Shown in pieces: positions 8,008-18,006 of a stretch of 64,000 bases of DNA; position 1 is the first letter of the stretch; the number at the start of each line of letters is the position of its first letter. The notes under the pieces are model-generated. The model made no database searches. It was given only the letters and a program-made list of their open reading frames with translations, and was not told the DNA's origin. The DNA is from a virus. The stretch is taken from positions 42,135 to 106,134 of IMG/VR virus record IMGVR_UViG_3300021170_000008, one strand, 5' to 3'. A program made the translations under genes and the position numbers.

Positions 8008-9633
8008 ATGGCAAAGAACTATCTGGCTGGCGTTTTGAACCCGTTGTCAGTTCCACAGTCCGAGCCGCTTCCCGGCAAAGAGATGGTCGCCAATAACGCA
8101 GGCGGCTACGTGTTCTCTATCTCCACAATGAAGCAGGTAGAGCGCTTCCTGATCTTGGGATCTGAGGGCGGTTCGTATTACGTCACCGAGCGCAAAATGA
8201 CGTTAGGCAACGTCAACGCCTTGAAGGCTGCGCTTGCCGCAGATGGACCTGCCGTTGTCCGGCTGATCGTCGATATCAGCACTAAGGGACGTGCCCCCAA
8301 GAATGACTCCGCGCTGTTTGCTCTGGCATTGGCTGCGAGCCCGAAGTTTGCCGACGCTCGCACCAACTCAATGGCGCTTGCCGCTCTGCCGCAGGTTGCA
8401 CGTACTGGCACGCACTTGTTCCAGTTCGTAAACTTCGTCGAAGGCAACAAGCTCCGTGGTTGGGGCCGTGGTCTGCGTGCGGCTGTGGCTGACTGGTACC
8501 TGTCGAAGACGCCGGACAAGTTGGCGTATCAGGCTGTGAAGTACCAGAACCGCGAGCAGTGGTCGCACCGCGATCTGCTTCGGCTGGTCCACGCGAATAA
8601 TCCGGCGCTCCAGAATGTTTTCCACTGGATCGTGAAGGGTGAGATCGAAGGTCCGGTACCGGCGTTTATTGAGGCATTCGAAAAGGCCAAGGTCTCAACT
8701 GATCCGAAAGAGATCATCAGCCTGATCGAGAGCGCCAACCTGACTCGGGAAATGATCCCGACGCAATTCCTGAACGATGTCGCTGTTTGGGACGCATTAC
8801 TCCAGAAGATGCCGCTGACGGCTATGGTCCGTAACCTGGGTAAGATGACGCAGGTCGGTTTGATCAAGCCGTTGTCGGACGCATCTGCGCTTGTTAGCGG
8901 ACGGCTCCGGAACCAGGAATGGCTGAACCGGGCGCGGGTCCACCCGATTGCTCTGCTGATGGCGGCTTCGACGTACGAGTCTGGCCGTGGTCTGCGTGGC
9001 AGTTTGACTTGGGAGGCCGTGAAGCCGGTTGTCGATGCGCTGGATGAAGCCTTCTATCTGGCCTTTGATAACATCGTTCCAACTGGCAAGCGGTTCTACC
9101 TTGGAATCGATGTCAGCGGATCGATGGGCATGGGAAGAGTGGCCGGTACGGCGCTTACCCCACGCGCAGGCGCGGCAGCGATGGCAATGGTGACGGCTCG
9201 CCGAGAGTCCAACTATTACATGGCAGGGTTCCAGGACAAGATGGTCCCGCTCGATATCGGGGCTCGTGACCGTCTGCCGGATGTTATCCGCAAGACCGAT
9301 AATCTGCCGTTTGGAGCCACGGATTGCGCTCAGCCGATGATCGATGCGTTGAAGAAGAAGCTCGAAGCCGATGTCTTCATCGTGTACACCGACAACGAGA
9401 CCTGGGCCGGTCCAAAGCACCCGACAGCAGCACTTCAGGAGTACCGGGAGAAGATGGGGATCAATTCGAAGTTGATCGTCTGTGGTTTGACGGCTACCGG
9501 CTTCTCTATCGCAGATCCGTCTGATCCTGGGATGCTTGATGTGGTTGGATTCGATACTTCTGTTCCTCAGGTAATCTCGTCGTTTGTCGGTGGAGGCGAG
9601 ATGCCGGAGGAACAGGAAGTCGAAGCAGAGTAA
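8008..9633 (+). CDS. rsr: Ro60 ortholog (TROVE + vWA)
   Basis: NNAGGYVF, RFLILGSEGGSYY, RTGTHLFQF, KYQNREQWSHRDLLRL, DVSGSM MIDAS, YTDNETW; SD AGGAG before ATG 8008. Confidence 0.96.
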   Translation: MAKNYLAGVLNPLSVPQSEPLPGKEMVANNAGGYVFSISTMKQVERFLILGSEGGSYYVTERKMTLGNVNALKAALAADGPAVVRLIVDISTKGRAPKNDSALFALALAASPKFADARTNSMALAALPQVARTGTHLFQFVNFVEGNKLRGWGRGLRAAVADWYLSKTPDKLAYQAVKYQNREQWSHRDLLRLVHANNPALQNVFHWIVKGEIEGPVPAFIEAFEKAKVSTDPKEIISLIESANLTREMIPTQFLNDVAVWDALLQKMPLTAMVRNLGKMTQVGLIKPLSDASALVSGRLRNQEWLNRARVHPIALLMAASTYESGRGLRGSLTWEAVKPVVDALDEAFYLAFDNIVPTGKRFYLGIDVSGSMGMGRVAGTALTPRAGAAAMAMVTARRESNYYMAGFQDKMVPLDIGARDRLPDVIRKTDNLPFGATDCAQPMIDALKKKLEADVFIVYTDNETWAGPKHPTAALQEYREKMGINSKLIVCGLTATGFSIADPSDPGMLDVVGFDTSVPQVISSFVGGGEMPEEQEVEAE

Positions 9634-9637
9634 TTCA

Positions 9638-9706
9638 AATCGGCGAGCCGATAGGGGATCGTTACCTATTGCAAAAAAGCGGTCCTCGGCAACTTGTTCG
9701 CCGGTT
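9638..9706 (+). ncRNA. Y RNA 3 (minimal)
   Basis: AATCGGCGAGC/GTTCGCCGGTT helix; CGAGCCG-N11-TTACC..ACTTGTTCG. Confidence 0.8.
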
Positions 9707-9712
9707 AATTTT

Positions 9713-9856
9713 TCTACGAGCCGGAGTGGATTCGTTATCTTACTCCAAGCCGAAAGGCAAACAATCGCTGTCGTTAAACAGCCATGCCGGGTAACTCTGG
9801 TATGCTTCACGTCAGAAATGATGTGTTGAAATGGATTCACGACACTTGTTCGTAGA
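9713..9856 (+). ncRNA. Y RNA 4 (multi-hairpin effector domain)
   Basis: TCTACGAGC/GTTCGTAGA helix; CGAGCCG-N11-TTATC..ACTTGTTCG; four internal hairpins. Confidence 0.8.
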
Positions 9857-9864
9857 GTAATCTG

Positions 9865-9934
9865 GCTTCGGGCCGAAGTGGGATGGTTATCTTTCTGAAA
9901 AAAAATATGCCATCCCGCACATACTTGTCCGAGC
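9865..9934 (+). ncRNA. Y RNA 5 (minimal, A-rich loop)
   Basis: CGGGCCG-N11-TTATC..ACTTGTCCG; GTGGGATGGT/GCCATCCCGC stem. Confidence 0.8.
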
Positions 9935-9959
9935 AAATCACTCCTGCTTCAGTTTCCGC

Positions 9960-9989
9960 TTGACAATAAGTATCCATCAATGCTAAACT
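9960..9989 (+). promoter_or_regulatory. sigma70 promoter TTGACA-N18-TAAACT (extended -10)
   Basis: Upstream of the AAA ATPase. Confidence 0.65.
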
Positions 9990-10036
9990 TGAAGCTGTCC
10001 ACAATTTCCAAGATAGAAGGTTGGTACCTATACCAC

Positions 10037-11569
10037 ATGGCAATAACCAGAAAAACGAAAGAGACGCTCGTGGACGATCTCGGCCAAGACTTTGAACTCC
10101 AGTTCAAGGAAGTGGGCCTGGACCGTCACGCGAAAGGAAAGATCGCCCTGCCAGAGAATATGACTCTGTCGGAGGGGATTTACTGGCTCAAACAGAAGCA
10201 GGCAGACGAAGAAACCATGGTCGTCGTCAACGAAAAAATTGACGGCTATCCGGTCGATGTCGCCTATTGCCTTCAGTTGGCCGTCCAGGATATGTTCGGC
10301 TTCCGGGAACTGAAGACCATCCCGCCGGAGCACTTCTTCGACAAAGAGAAGCCGCCGACATTCATGACCGTCCCGACCGACCACAAAGGCGGAACGGTTG
10401 AAGTATTCCTGGGTAGGTTCTCGGTGCCGGGCGCAGATGGATATCTTCAGACTGGCCGCATTAACAACGACGCTCTGATCATCCAAGGAAAGCTACGTCA
10501 GAAGAACATCCCGATCCTCCGGGCGCTGATCGCCAAGACCAAGGAAACGCTGGCCAAGCAATCGCTCTACAAGGGCAAGTCGTTCCGCGTGAAGTTCAAT
10601 GAAACGCTGGACGGCAAAATTATCGACAATCCGGAATTCATCGACGTAAGCAAGGCACCAGCCCGGCTGACGTTGAATGCCGAGACGGCGGAACTGGTCC
10701 GGGCGGCTCTGTGGACCCCGATTGAGCGCAGCAAGCAAACCAAGCATTTTGGGATGCCGCTCAAGCGTGGTGTTCTACTTTACGGCCACTACGGCACCGG
10801 CAAATCCCTGACGGCGCATGAGACGGCTCATCTGTGCTCGCAGCACGGCTGGACGTTCATCTATGTTAAGGATGTCACCGACCTGCGCGAGATGTATTCG
10901 TTCGCGGCGCGGTATTCGCCTGCGGTGCTCTTCGCTGAAGACATCGATCTGGTGATCAAGCATGAAGGCGACGACGGATCTGACTCCGTTAATGAACTGA
11001 ACAACGTGCTCGACGGCGTGGACAGCAAAGACAAAGACATCATTGTGGTCTTGACCACAAATCATGTGGAAAAGATCCCGGTGTCTCTGCTCCGTCCTGG
11101 CCGGTTCGACGCCATCGTCGAGTACTTCCCGCCTGACCGGGCGACGGCTGCGGCGTTGGTTGAGCAGTACGCAGGCGATGAAATCGACCGGGACGACTGG
11201 GATTGCGAAGAAGTCGGAAATGTCCTGGCCGGTAACATCCCGGCGACGATCCATGAAGTCGTCAAGCGAGCCAAGCTGTTTTCGATTGGCCGCTACCCGG
11301 CAGACTACCGGGGCAAGCTCCTGCTATCGACATCGGACATCATCAATTCGATGAAGAGTATGAGCAAGCACCTGGATCTTCTGAACACGAAGCCGTCCGA
11401 GAACCCGTCGTTCACCGAAGTCCTGGGTGGAGCAGTCGGCGAGAGTATCGCAAAGAATCTCGCCGTAGCTCTAGACGTTACAAAGCGTGGCGATAACTGG
11501 GGTGAAAAGCGCTCCAAAATAGCGGAGGAACGTATCCTGGCTCCGCTCGAAAACGGCAGCAGCAAGTAG
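10037..11569 (+). CDS. AAA+ ATPase (classic AAA clade) with N-terminal extension
   Basis: RGVLLYGHYGTGKS, FAEDID, LTTNH, LLRPGRFD. Confidence 0.92.
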   Translation: MAITRKTKETLVDDLGQDFELQFKEVGLDRHAKGKIALPENMTLSEGIYWLKQKQADEETMVVVNEKIDGYPVDVAYCLQLAVQDMFGFRELKTIPPEHFFDKEKPPTFMTVPTDHKGGTVEVFLGRFSVPGADGYLQTGRINNDALIIQGKLRQKNIPILRALIAKTKETLAKQSLYKGKSFRVKFNETLDGKIIDNPEFIDVSKAPARLTLNAETAELVRAALWTPIERSKQTKHFGMPLKRGVLLYGHYGTGKSLTAHETAHLCSQHGWTFIYVKDVTDLREMYSFAARYSPAVLFAEDIDLVIKHEGDDGSDSVNELNNVLDGVDSKDKDIIVVLTTNHVEKIPVSLLRPGRFDAIVEYFPPDRATAAALVEQYAGDEIDRDDWDCEEVGNVLAGNIPATIHEVVKRAKLFSIGRYPADYRGKLLLSTSDIINSMKSMSKHLDLLNTKPSENPSFTEVLGGAVGESIAKNLAVALDVTKRGDNWGEKRSKIAEERILAPLENGSSK

Positions 11570-11594
11570 GGTAGTTTCTCCTAGTGGCCGCAGG

Positions 11595-11792
11595 TTAGCT
11601 TCGTGCTGACTTGCGGCCTTTTTTCTTTTTACCGGCCTGTCTCTTCAAGACTCCGGATGCCATAGCAATAGCTCGGCCTTCTGAATAACCACGGTCAAGA
11701 GCGCTATTGGCTATGTGCGACCATTGGCGCTGCCTGCGTCCAGAAGTAGCTTTCTTGGTGTGTTTACGCGCACTGCTCTTTGTCCACGGCAT
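11595..11792 (-). CDS. Small basic protein
   Basis: 65 aa; MPWT..RQWSHIANSAL..EGRAIAMA..KKKKGRK. Confidence 0.7.
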   Translation of the reverse strand: MPWTKSSARKHTKKATSGRRQRQWSHIANSALDRGYSEGRAIAMASGVLKRQAGKKKKGRKSARS

Positions 11793-11793
11793 A

Positions 11794-13299
11794 TTATTTT
11801 GGCGGAGTACCGGTCCATCCCAAGCCCTTCAGAAATGCATTGAGTGTTTCGTCCGAGGGCGGGGTCTTGAGCCCAAGTTCACCTTTCCAGTTCTTCCTAT
11901 CTGCCCACCAGGACCTGGGCTTAGCAGCTAGTTTCGCTGCGTCTGGCCTTGCGAGAAGTTTGTTGACAACCGCTTCACGTCCTGCCGTTACGCGAGCTAG
12001 AACCTCATCTTCGTATTGCTTCGGCGGAAGATCTTTATATGTTTTACCTGGCTTTTCGGTCGGCGCTGCGGTAGTTTCCGCTGCTTCGGATTCTTCTGCT
12101 CCGCCCGGCGGAGTGCCGGTTGAACGAGTTTTGACTCTGGAACTTGGCGGAGTAAATTGCTCTCCAGGATTAGTCCCGGATGAACGCTGTCCGGATGGCT
12201 TACCACGTACAAGTTTGTAATCAGCTTTTTCTACTTTCGGTTCCTCTATAGGCTTAGGGCCTTTTGGCTTAACGGTAGATGGACTGTAGTCTTCTTTGCC
12301 TGGGGTGAATTTATACGCGCTCTCTTTCCCGCGCACCGGAGTGTGCTCCGGCGGAGCCTCAGGTGTTACTTTTACTTTTGCGCGTGGGTACGATGGACCG
12401 CTGGGCGGCTCTGCCCCACCAGGAGTATACTTTCGGGCTTGCTTGGCGACTCCGCCTTTGTTGGCTTCCCAGGCTTCTATCGATGTCGCGGCAGCAGTTG
12501 GTGGCGGAGGGGTTGGCGTAGGGCTATACGCTTCCCTAGCTCCCTTAAAGGCCCCCCGTATGGCCGGTACAGCGGCACCACCAATACCGCCCTTAACTGC
12601 CCCACCTACTCCACCCACTTCCCAGCCAGCGGCACCGCCGGTAAGTCCACCAGCTACCCAGGCCGGAGCCTTTACGTTCTTGCCTGTTATCTTAACCGGA
12701 ATCTCAACAGGAGCCGTAGCGCCTTCCCTGGCTCCCTTAGCCGCGCCAGCAGCAACATCCCCTAACGGGAAATCCTTGACGGCCTTCGCGCCACGCGCTA
12801 CCGTGCGAGCCGCCCCAGGTAGCTTCCATGGTATCTCAAACGATGCCCGTAAACCGGCGGCATGACCGATAGCTTCGGCATACTTGCCTTGCTGAATCTC
12901 GCGAAGGATCTGCTCCCCGGCTGGCCCTAATAGCGGTACAGCGCCCGTCAGCGAAGTTGCGGCCTCCTTGTAGTCCTTAGCCTTAAGCGCCTTCTCGGTG
13001 CGATCCAGCGCGTCCACGGTAGCGTGAAATGAATTTGTAGCTGTCGTGGGGAGATGTATAAGTGCGTTGAACGCAGCGACCGGATTCAAATTTTCCGCTG
13101 CCGCGCCAAGTCCGCGCTTGGCTTGATCCGCCATTACGGAAGCTGTACCAGAAACAGACCATGGCTGATCGCCAAGCGGTGGCTCTTTCTTTTCCGGAGT
13201 CGCATTTTGTCGCTTCTCCATGAAGGCATCAGGGTCGAACGCAGCCTGCTGCCTGCCAGCCATGAAGCTGTCGGGATCAAATTGAGCGGCCTGAGGCAC
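11794..13299 (-). CDS. Putative internal virion/ejection protein
   Basis: FDPDSFM/FDPDAFM N-terminal repeats, Gly/Ala-rich; distal end of the structural operon. Confidence 0.6.
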   Translation of the reverse strand: MPQAAQFDPDSFMAGRQQAAFDPDAFMEKRQNATPEKKEPPLGDQPWSVSGTASVMADQAKRGLGAAAENLNPVAAFNALIHLPTTATNSFHATVDALDRTEKALKAKDYKEAATSLTGAVPLLGPAGEQILREIQQGKYAEAIGHAAGLRASFEIPWKLPGAARTVARGAKAVKDFPLGDVAAGAAKGAREGATAPVEIPVKITGKNVKAPAWVAGGLTGGAAGWEVGGVGGAVKGGIGGAAVPAIRGAFKGAREAYSPTPTPPPPTAAATSIEAWEANKGGVAKQARKYTPGGAEPPSGPSYPRAKVKVTPEAPPEHTPVRGKESAYKFTPGKEDYSPSTVKPKGPKPIEEPKVEKADYKLVRGKPSGQRSSGTNPGEQFTPPSSRVKTRSTGTPPGGAEESEAAETTAAPTEKPGKTYKDLPPKQYEDEVLARVTAGREAVVNKLLARPDAAKLAAKPRSWWADRKNWKGELGLKTPPSDETLNAFLKGLGWTGTPPK

Positions 13300-15824
13300 T
13301 ATTTCTTCTCCCAGCCTTTAGCTTTAAACGCAGCCTCAGCGTCCTTGGCACTTAAACCAGGGTGATCTTTTACCGCTGCGTCCACGTCTGCCTGAGTATA
13401 GATTTTAGGTTTTGGCGGAGGTGGCGTCTGACCGGCTGAGGCTCTGCCGAGGGCGCTATCTTTAACTTCGCCTTTCAGTTTATCAAGGCTATCCTTCATC
13501 CCAGCTTGTTCTAGCACGGCCTGAGTTTTGATCTGATTAACCAAGCCAACAACTTCGCCCAACGTAGCGTTCGGATCGACAATCTTGTCTACATTCTCCG
13601 CAGTACTTACAGGAAGTTGGGCTCTAGACAGACCACCGCCTGACGTAACAGTCGCGTACTGGCGCTGGAAGTCATTTAGTGCAACTAAGTATTGACGAAT
13701 ATCTGGATCTCCGACAGCTTCCAGCTTTATACCTCTCCATTTTTGGTTGAGCCAAGGCGACCCAGACTGCGGAATCTTTTTTGCGAGATCCAAAATGTTC
13801 GGAGAAAAACGATCCATAATACTATTAAGTCTTTGGAGAGCCCCATAGCGTTCAACGGTGTCGCTAAGTGCCTTGATCTTATCTTTGTCAACAGCGGCAG
13901 CCGCCTGAAATTCAGACGGACTAAGGCCGGTGCGTCGAGCAAGTGCATCCTGTCCGGCTAATTTTCTGACGTTGGCCTTACCGCTTACCTTGGTTGTCCC
14001 CATCAGATCGCCAAGATAGATATCGATGTTCTTGTTTTCTTCTGCCGTCTGGGCGATTTGCTGTGGCGTTATAGCCGTAGCACCTACTGGCTTAGCGGCA
14101 GGCCTTGGCGCAGCCCCAGGTGGAGTCGCCGTCGTCGGCTTAGTGGTTGTGGGCGCTGGGGCCTGCCCACCAGGAGGTGCAGCTTGCGCGATAGGCTTGG
14201 CTACTGCTGGCGGAGTAGACGGTACCGGTGGCGTTGCTGCTGGCTTGCCGACCTGTCCCTTGAACGGGTCACCCGCGCCGACGCCAGTCAGCATCGCATC
14301 GATAGCTTCTTCTTGCTGTGTGCGACCAAGACGAATGCCTAGCGCCTTATATGTCTTTTTACCGGCGTCTTCCATCGCTTCGGCATTGGTCATCCCGAGC
14401 CCTCTTGCGGCACGGTAGAATTCACCGAACGTGCCGTAGGACTTAGATCGGATATCGGCGGTGATCTCTCCGGCAGTTTCAGTCCGGATCACATTTTCAA
14501 CCGGTTTCCCGGTAGCAACAGACCTTGGTGGCTCATCCGGGTTTTGCGGGTCTACCCATACTTCAACCGGATCGTCACTACCTTCCACAATGGCCCACGA
14601 AGTCTTGAGGTTATGCGGCTTAGTCGCAGCCTTGGCGTCTATTGGATAGAGCTTATCGTCCTTTCCTTGAACGTAATTACCGGTCTTTTTAACTGGCCCA
14701 CCGAAGGCAGTCTTAGCGTTCGGATTACCCTCTAAGATATCCGCTCCGGGAATTCCCTTAATGTCTTCGGCTAGGGACTTATTAGCACGCACCTTGTCAT
14801 TTTCGGCGATCCTATTAACGATCATCTTCGCGGTTGGATTGTTCGGATCTAATGTCAGCACCCGGTTGAGCCGCTTCATGAACTCCGGATCTTTCATTAC
14901 ATCCTGGGAGCCAGCCTGCGCTGGTGGGACTTGTGGCTGCTGTTGTGCCCCCGGAGGCGGAGCCGTCTGCGCTTGCTGTTGCGGTGCCGGTTGCTGACGC
15001 ATAGCGGTCGGCATTTGCTGCTGAGCGCCAGTAGTAGCTACCGTCTGCGGAGGCTGGGCTTGCTGCGGCGCTGCCGCCTGGGGTGCCGGTTGCCCGCCCG
15101 GCGGTGGAGGGGTCTGTTGCGCTTGTTGCTGTTGCGCCCCAGACCCGTACGGAAGGATGTTCGGCTTCTGTTGCTGTGGCTGCGCTGGCTGCTGTGCCGG
15201 TGCTGATTGTTGTGGCTGTTGACCGCTCTGCGGCTGTCCGTAGTTCTGGCTGTAGTACTGTGTTAGATCGTTAGCGGCTTTCTCTGCCGCCTGCGGTGCG
15301 GTCTGAGCCTTGTCCATGTCGGACCATATACCGCTGAGCGTCTTGTGGATTTGCTCTGGACCAAACTCGAATTTATTTGGCGGAGGCCCAACCATTCCAT
15401 CAAATACATTCTTCAGGGCCTTCAGCGCCGGATTTTCTTTGTCTTTTGACTTGTGCACCTCTTGGTATACATCTGCCCAACGTAGCGCATCTAACTTGCC
15501 ATATAGCTTCTGCTTGGTTACGGCATTCGGGTCATCTGAAGCATCCGGTAGGTTTGATTTTTCTACCCTACCCCTAGCGTCGTCGATATCTTGCTTTAGC
15601 TGATTGCGCTGTTGTTCTTGTTTGTCGAAGGCCATCTTACGGCCACGACTAAACCCTTCAAGGAACTTGTCGGCGATCATCGCCGAACCTTCGAGTGCTC
15701 CGCCGCCACCAGATACGGTTTGCGGTGCGGTTGACTGGTATTGCTGTGGCTGCAAAGATTCCGAGAATGGAAATGCTGAAATACTATAGGGATTGTTGAC
15801 TTGCCCTTGTTTTTCGTCTGCCAT
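13299..15824 (-). CDS. Putative internal virion/ejection protein (Q/P-rich)
   Basis: Long low-complexity ORF in the ejection cluster. Confidence 0.6.
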   Translation of the reverse strand: MADEKQGQVNNPYSISAFPFSESLQPQQYQSTAPQTVSGGGGALEGSAMIADKFLEGFSRGRKMAFDKQEQQRNQLKQDIDDARGRVEKSNLPDASDDPNAVTKQKLYGKLDALRWADVYQEVHKSKDKENPALKALKNVFDGMVGPPPNKFEFGPEQIHKTLSGIWSDMDKAQTAPQAAEKAANDLTQYYSQNYGQPQSGQQPQQSAPAQQPAQPQQQKPNILPYGSGAQQQQAQQTPPPPGGQPAPQAAAPQQAQPPQTVATTGAQQQMPTAMRQQPAPQQQAQTAPPPGAQQQPQVPPAQAGSQDVMKDPEFMKRLNRVLTLDPNNPTAKMIVNRIAENDKVRANKSLAEDIKGIPGADILEGNPNAKTAFGGPVKKTGNYVQGKDDKLYPIDAKAATKPHNLKTSWAIVEGSDDPVEVWVDPQNPDEPPRSVATGKPVENVIRTETAGEITADIRSKSYGTFGEFYRAARGLGMTNAEAMEDAGKKTYKALGIRLGRTQQEEAIDAMLTGVGAGDPFKGQVGKPAATPPVPSTPPAVAKPIAQAAPPGGQAPAPTTTKPTTATPPGAAPRPAAKPVGATAITPQQIAQTAEENKNIDIYLGDLMGTTKVSGKANVRKLAGQDALARRTGLSPSEFQAAAAVDKDKIKALSDTVERYGALQRLNSIMDRFSPNILDLAKKIPQSGSPWLNQKWRGIKLEAVGDPDIRQYLVALNDFQRQYATVTSGGGLSRAQLPVSTAENVDKIVDPNATLGEVVGLVNQIKTQAVLEQAGMKDSLDKLKGEVKDSALGRASAGQTPPPPKPKIYTQADVDAAVKDHPGLSAKDAEAAFKAKGWEKK

Positions 15825-15825
15825 G

Positions 15826-16428
15826 TTAGAGCGTTCCGAATGCCCCGCCACCGGCGGCTGTGCCTGCTGCGCCCGCTAAACTTCCGAGGAACGACATAGT
15901 ACTTGCCTTCCGTTGATTCTGCGCCGTCATGATATTCTGCAAAGCTCCCTGGCCTTGCTGAAATCCAGTTAACGCCTGACCCGTCCCAGTGAAGCCAGCG
16001 CCTTCCTGCTGGAGCCCGAGAGTAGCCTGACCTGCGGCAAGCTGGCCTAAATTCTGAAGCGCCCCAGTGTATGCCTGATTCATAGCTCCGGCGCTCGACT
16101 GGCTCTGCTGGATCTGGGCCTGCGCAAGAGCCACATCGCGCCCGGCTCCGGCTGGCACGGTATTGTAGATATTGTCTTCGGCCTGCTTTGCGCCTTGTGA
16201 AATTTGCCCGAGTAACGGAGCCGCAGCCGAGATGCGGTTAGCCTGACTCCCGGAGGCGATACCGGTATAAAAATCTACCAGAGGCTGCTGGAGCGTGTTG
16301 CTTCGCTGGATCTCCTGCTGTCCCTGCTGGAGAAACTGCTGCCCCAGAGCGTTTTGCTGTTGTCCAAGGGCTACCTGCTGTTGTTCAAGCGCCTGCGACT
16401 GTTTTTCCGTACTCGAAGATCCGCCCAT
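15826..16428 (-). CDS. Putative pilot/DNA-transfer protein
   Basis: MGGSSS start, Gln/Ala/Gly-rich; follows a GNAT-like gene as in many podoviruses. Confidence 0.6.
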   Translation of the reverse strand: MGGSSSTEKQSQALEQQQVALGQQQNALGQQFLQQGQQEIQRSNTLQQPLVDFYTGIASGSQANRISAAAPLLGQISQGAKQAEDNIYNTVPAGAGRDVALAQAQIQQSQSSAGAMNQAYTGALQNLGQLAAGQATLGLQQEGAGFTGTGQALTGFQQGQGALQNIMTAQNQRKASTMSFLGSLAGAAGTAAGGGAFGTL

Positions 16429-16478
16429 GAATACCTCACGGCCCGTATGTTATTGAGCCGTCGGTATAATTATCGGAT

Positions 16479-17087
16479 CTAAGGCTTTAGATGCCGCTCC
16501 CGAACTTCCTGCCAATGCTTGCGTGTAACTCCGCTAATATAGGCCGCACATGTCGGATAGTTGCCGTCTCCGTCAGGGTAGCAGGTATAACCGTCAAGTG
16601 GACCGTAAACCTGCCATCCTAAAGCCTTTACGAAACGTAATGCGGCGCGGTTTTTTTCTGGGGTACACCCGCAAAGCATCTCAAGCCCGGTAACTTTATC
16701 AAATATCCATTCCGTACATAGTGCTGCTGCTATCAGCGTCTGCCTGGGCGGGGTGTGTCTAAAGTATCCGTGGCCTACTTCCATCTTCTTCCCGCCGGAT
16801 TTTCCGACCGGGACCAAATTATTCATCCATGAAAACCCGATGTGCTCAGCCTTGTCGATGCCGTTAGCAACCGAGAAGCAGGCTAAGATGGCTGTCATTT
16901 TCGTACAGAATTCGTTCAAGATCCAAGCTAGGGTGGGCTCTGGGCCTTCGTGGAATATAAGCGGCAAGGTTTTCTCGTCCTGGAATCGAAGGAACCCGTT
17001 GATCAATAATTTTTCAACGGGATACGGAGCTACAAGTATTTGTCCGTACTGGTATATCCCACTATCTTCCTTCTTCAACTCAGGCAT
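16479..17087 (-). CDS. GNAT-fold protein
   Basis: GCTPEKNRAALRFVKALGW motif. Confidence 0.65.
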   Translation of the reverse strand: MPELKKEDSGIYQYGQILVAPYPVEKLLINGFLRFQDEKTLPLIFHEGPEPTLAWILNEFCTKMTAILACFSVANGIDKAEHIGFSWMNNLVPVGKSGGKKMEVGHGYFRHTPPRQTLIAAALCTEWIFDKVTGLEMLCGCTPEKNRAALRFVKALGWQVYGPLDGYTCYPDGDGNYPTCAAYISGVTRKHWQEVRERHLKP

Positions 17088-17111
17088 GTAGGATCGTAGC
17101 ACGGTTTACGC

Positions 17112-17140
17112 TTGACAACAAGTATTTGGCGTGCTAGGGT
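17112..17140 (+). promoter_or_regulatory. sigma70 promoter TTGACA-N17-TAGGGT
   Basis: Divergent intergenic region. Confidence 0.55.
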
Positions 17141-17239
17141 TAGGTTCAGGCGGCAGACCAATCGCGTACGACAAAGGGGAGGTTTTCCTCCGATTGCTTC
17201 CCTCCCGCGCTGCCGCCTTAAGTTTCCTGGGGAGTAAAA

Positions 17240-17743
17240 ATGAACATTGAGTTGATGAACCGCGTCCGCGCCAAGGTGTTAGCCGAGCCAAACCGGGTGA
17301 ACATGGAAAGATGGCAGCGGACGAAAAAGATACTCGGAATCTTCAAATGCGGAACGGTTTGCTGCATAGCTGGTCACGCTATTGAATCCGAAGGGGACTG
17401 TATTCCATATCACCTGGGGCAACATGGGGTAGTCGAAACTGGAGCCGCACTGCTTCAGATCCCACTGGATGAGGCTTACCTGCTATTCTTTTTCCATAAT
17501 GGGCAGGCGATGAAATTACCAGTATTTACTGGAGCTATAGACCCATATGTGGATCTGCGTATGCGCCTCGCCATTCGTCGTCCAGGCACCCCGCAGTATG
17601 CCGCCGTAGTAGCCGAAGCTATCGACCGGTGCATCGCACGGAACCACAAACCTGATCCGCAGCCGGAACCAGAGCCAGAGCCAGAGCCGATTGTCGTCGA
17701 GACAGACGAAGTTCGCGCTCACGCCTTAGGGGTGCGGCTGTAA
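17240..17743 (+). CDS. Hypothetical phage protein
   Basis: CGTVCCIAGHA motif, PEPEPEPEP linker, SD GGAG. Confidence 0.75.
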   Translation: MNIELMNRVRAKVLAEPNRVNMERWQRTKKILGIFKCGTVCCIAGHAIESEGDCIPYHLGQHGVVETGAALLQIPLDEAYLLFFFHNGQAMKLPVFTGAIDPYVDLRMRLAIRRPGTPQYAAVVAEAIDRCIARNHKPDPQPEPEPEPEPIVVETDEVRAHALGVRL

Positions 17744-18006
17744 TGGGTTGGTACGATCTGTCGATCTTGTTGAATATCGCCTGCGTGGCTGGGTTAATGG
17801 TGGTTCTGTGCTCAAGTGAAAACCGACGCAGGCTGGCTGCATGGTTACTAGCTTCGGCGCAGGCAAACGACGAGATCCGAGCGGCTAAGCTAGCCATCAT
17901 GGCCGAAGCCAAGATCAGGCGGGCCGATTTGGAGCAGCGCTTTAGATGCGGAAGTCAGTTAGAAGAATCTGAGTCTACTGAACGTCAGTTAGCACGCCGC
18001 CAGTAA
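17743..18006 (+). CDS. Small membrane protein
   Basis: N-terminal TM helix; coupled to upstream stop. Confidence 0.55.
   Translation: MGWYDLSILLNIACVAGLMVVLCSSENRRRLAAWLLASAQANDEIRAAKLAIMAEAKIRRADLEQRFRCGSQLEESESTERQLARRQ

Noticed and set aside
8797-9936. 379-aa minus-strand ORF and similar antisense ORFs throughout
   Set aside because: Shadow frames of well-supported genes on the opposite strand.
17655-17690. CCAGAG tandem repeat
   Set aside because: It encodes an in-frame Pro-Glu linker; not a phase-variation tract.
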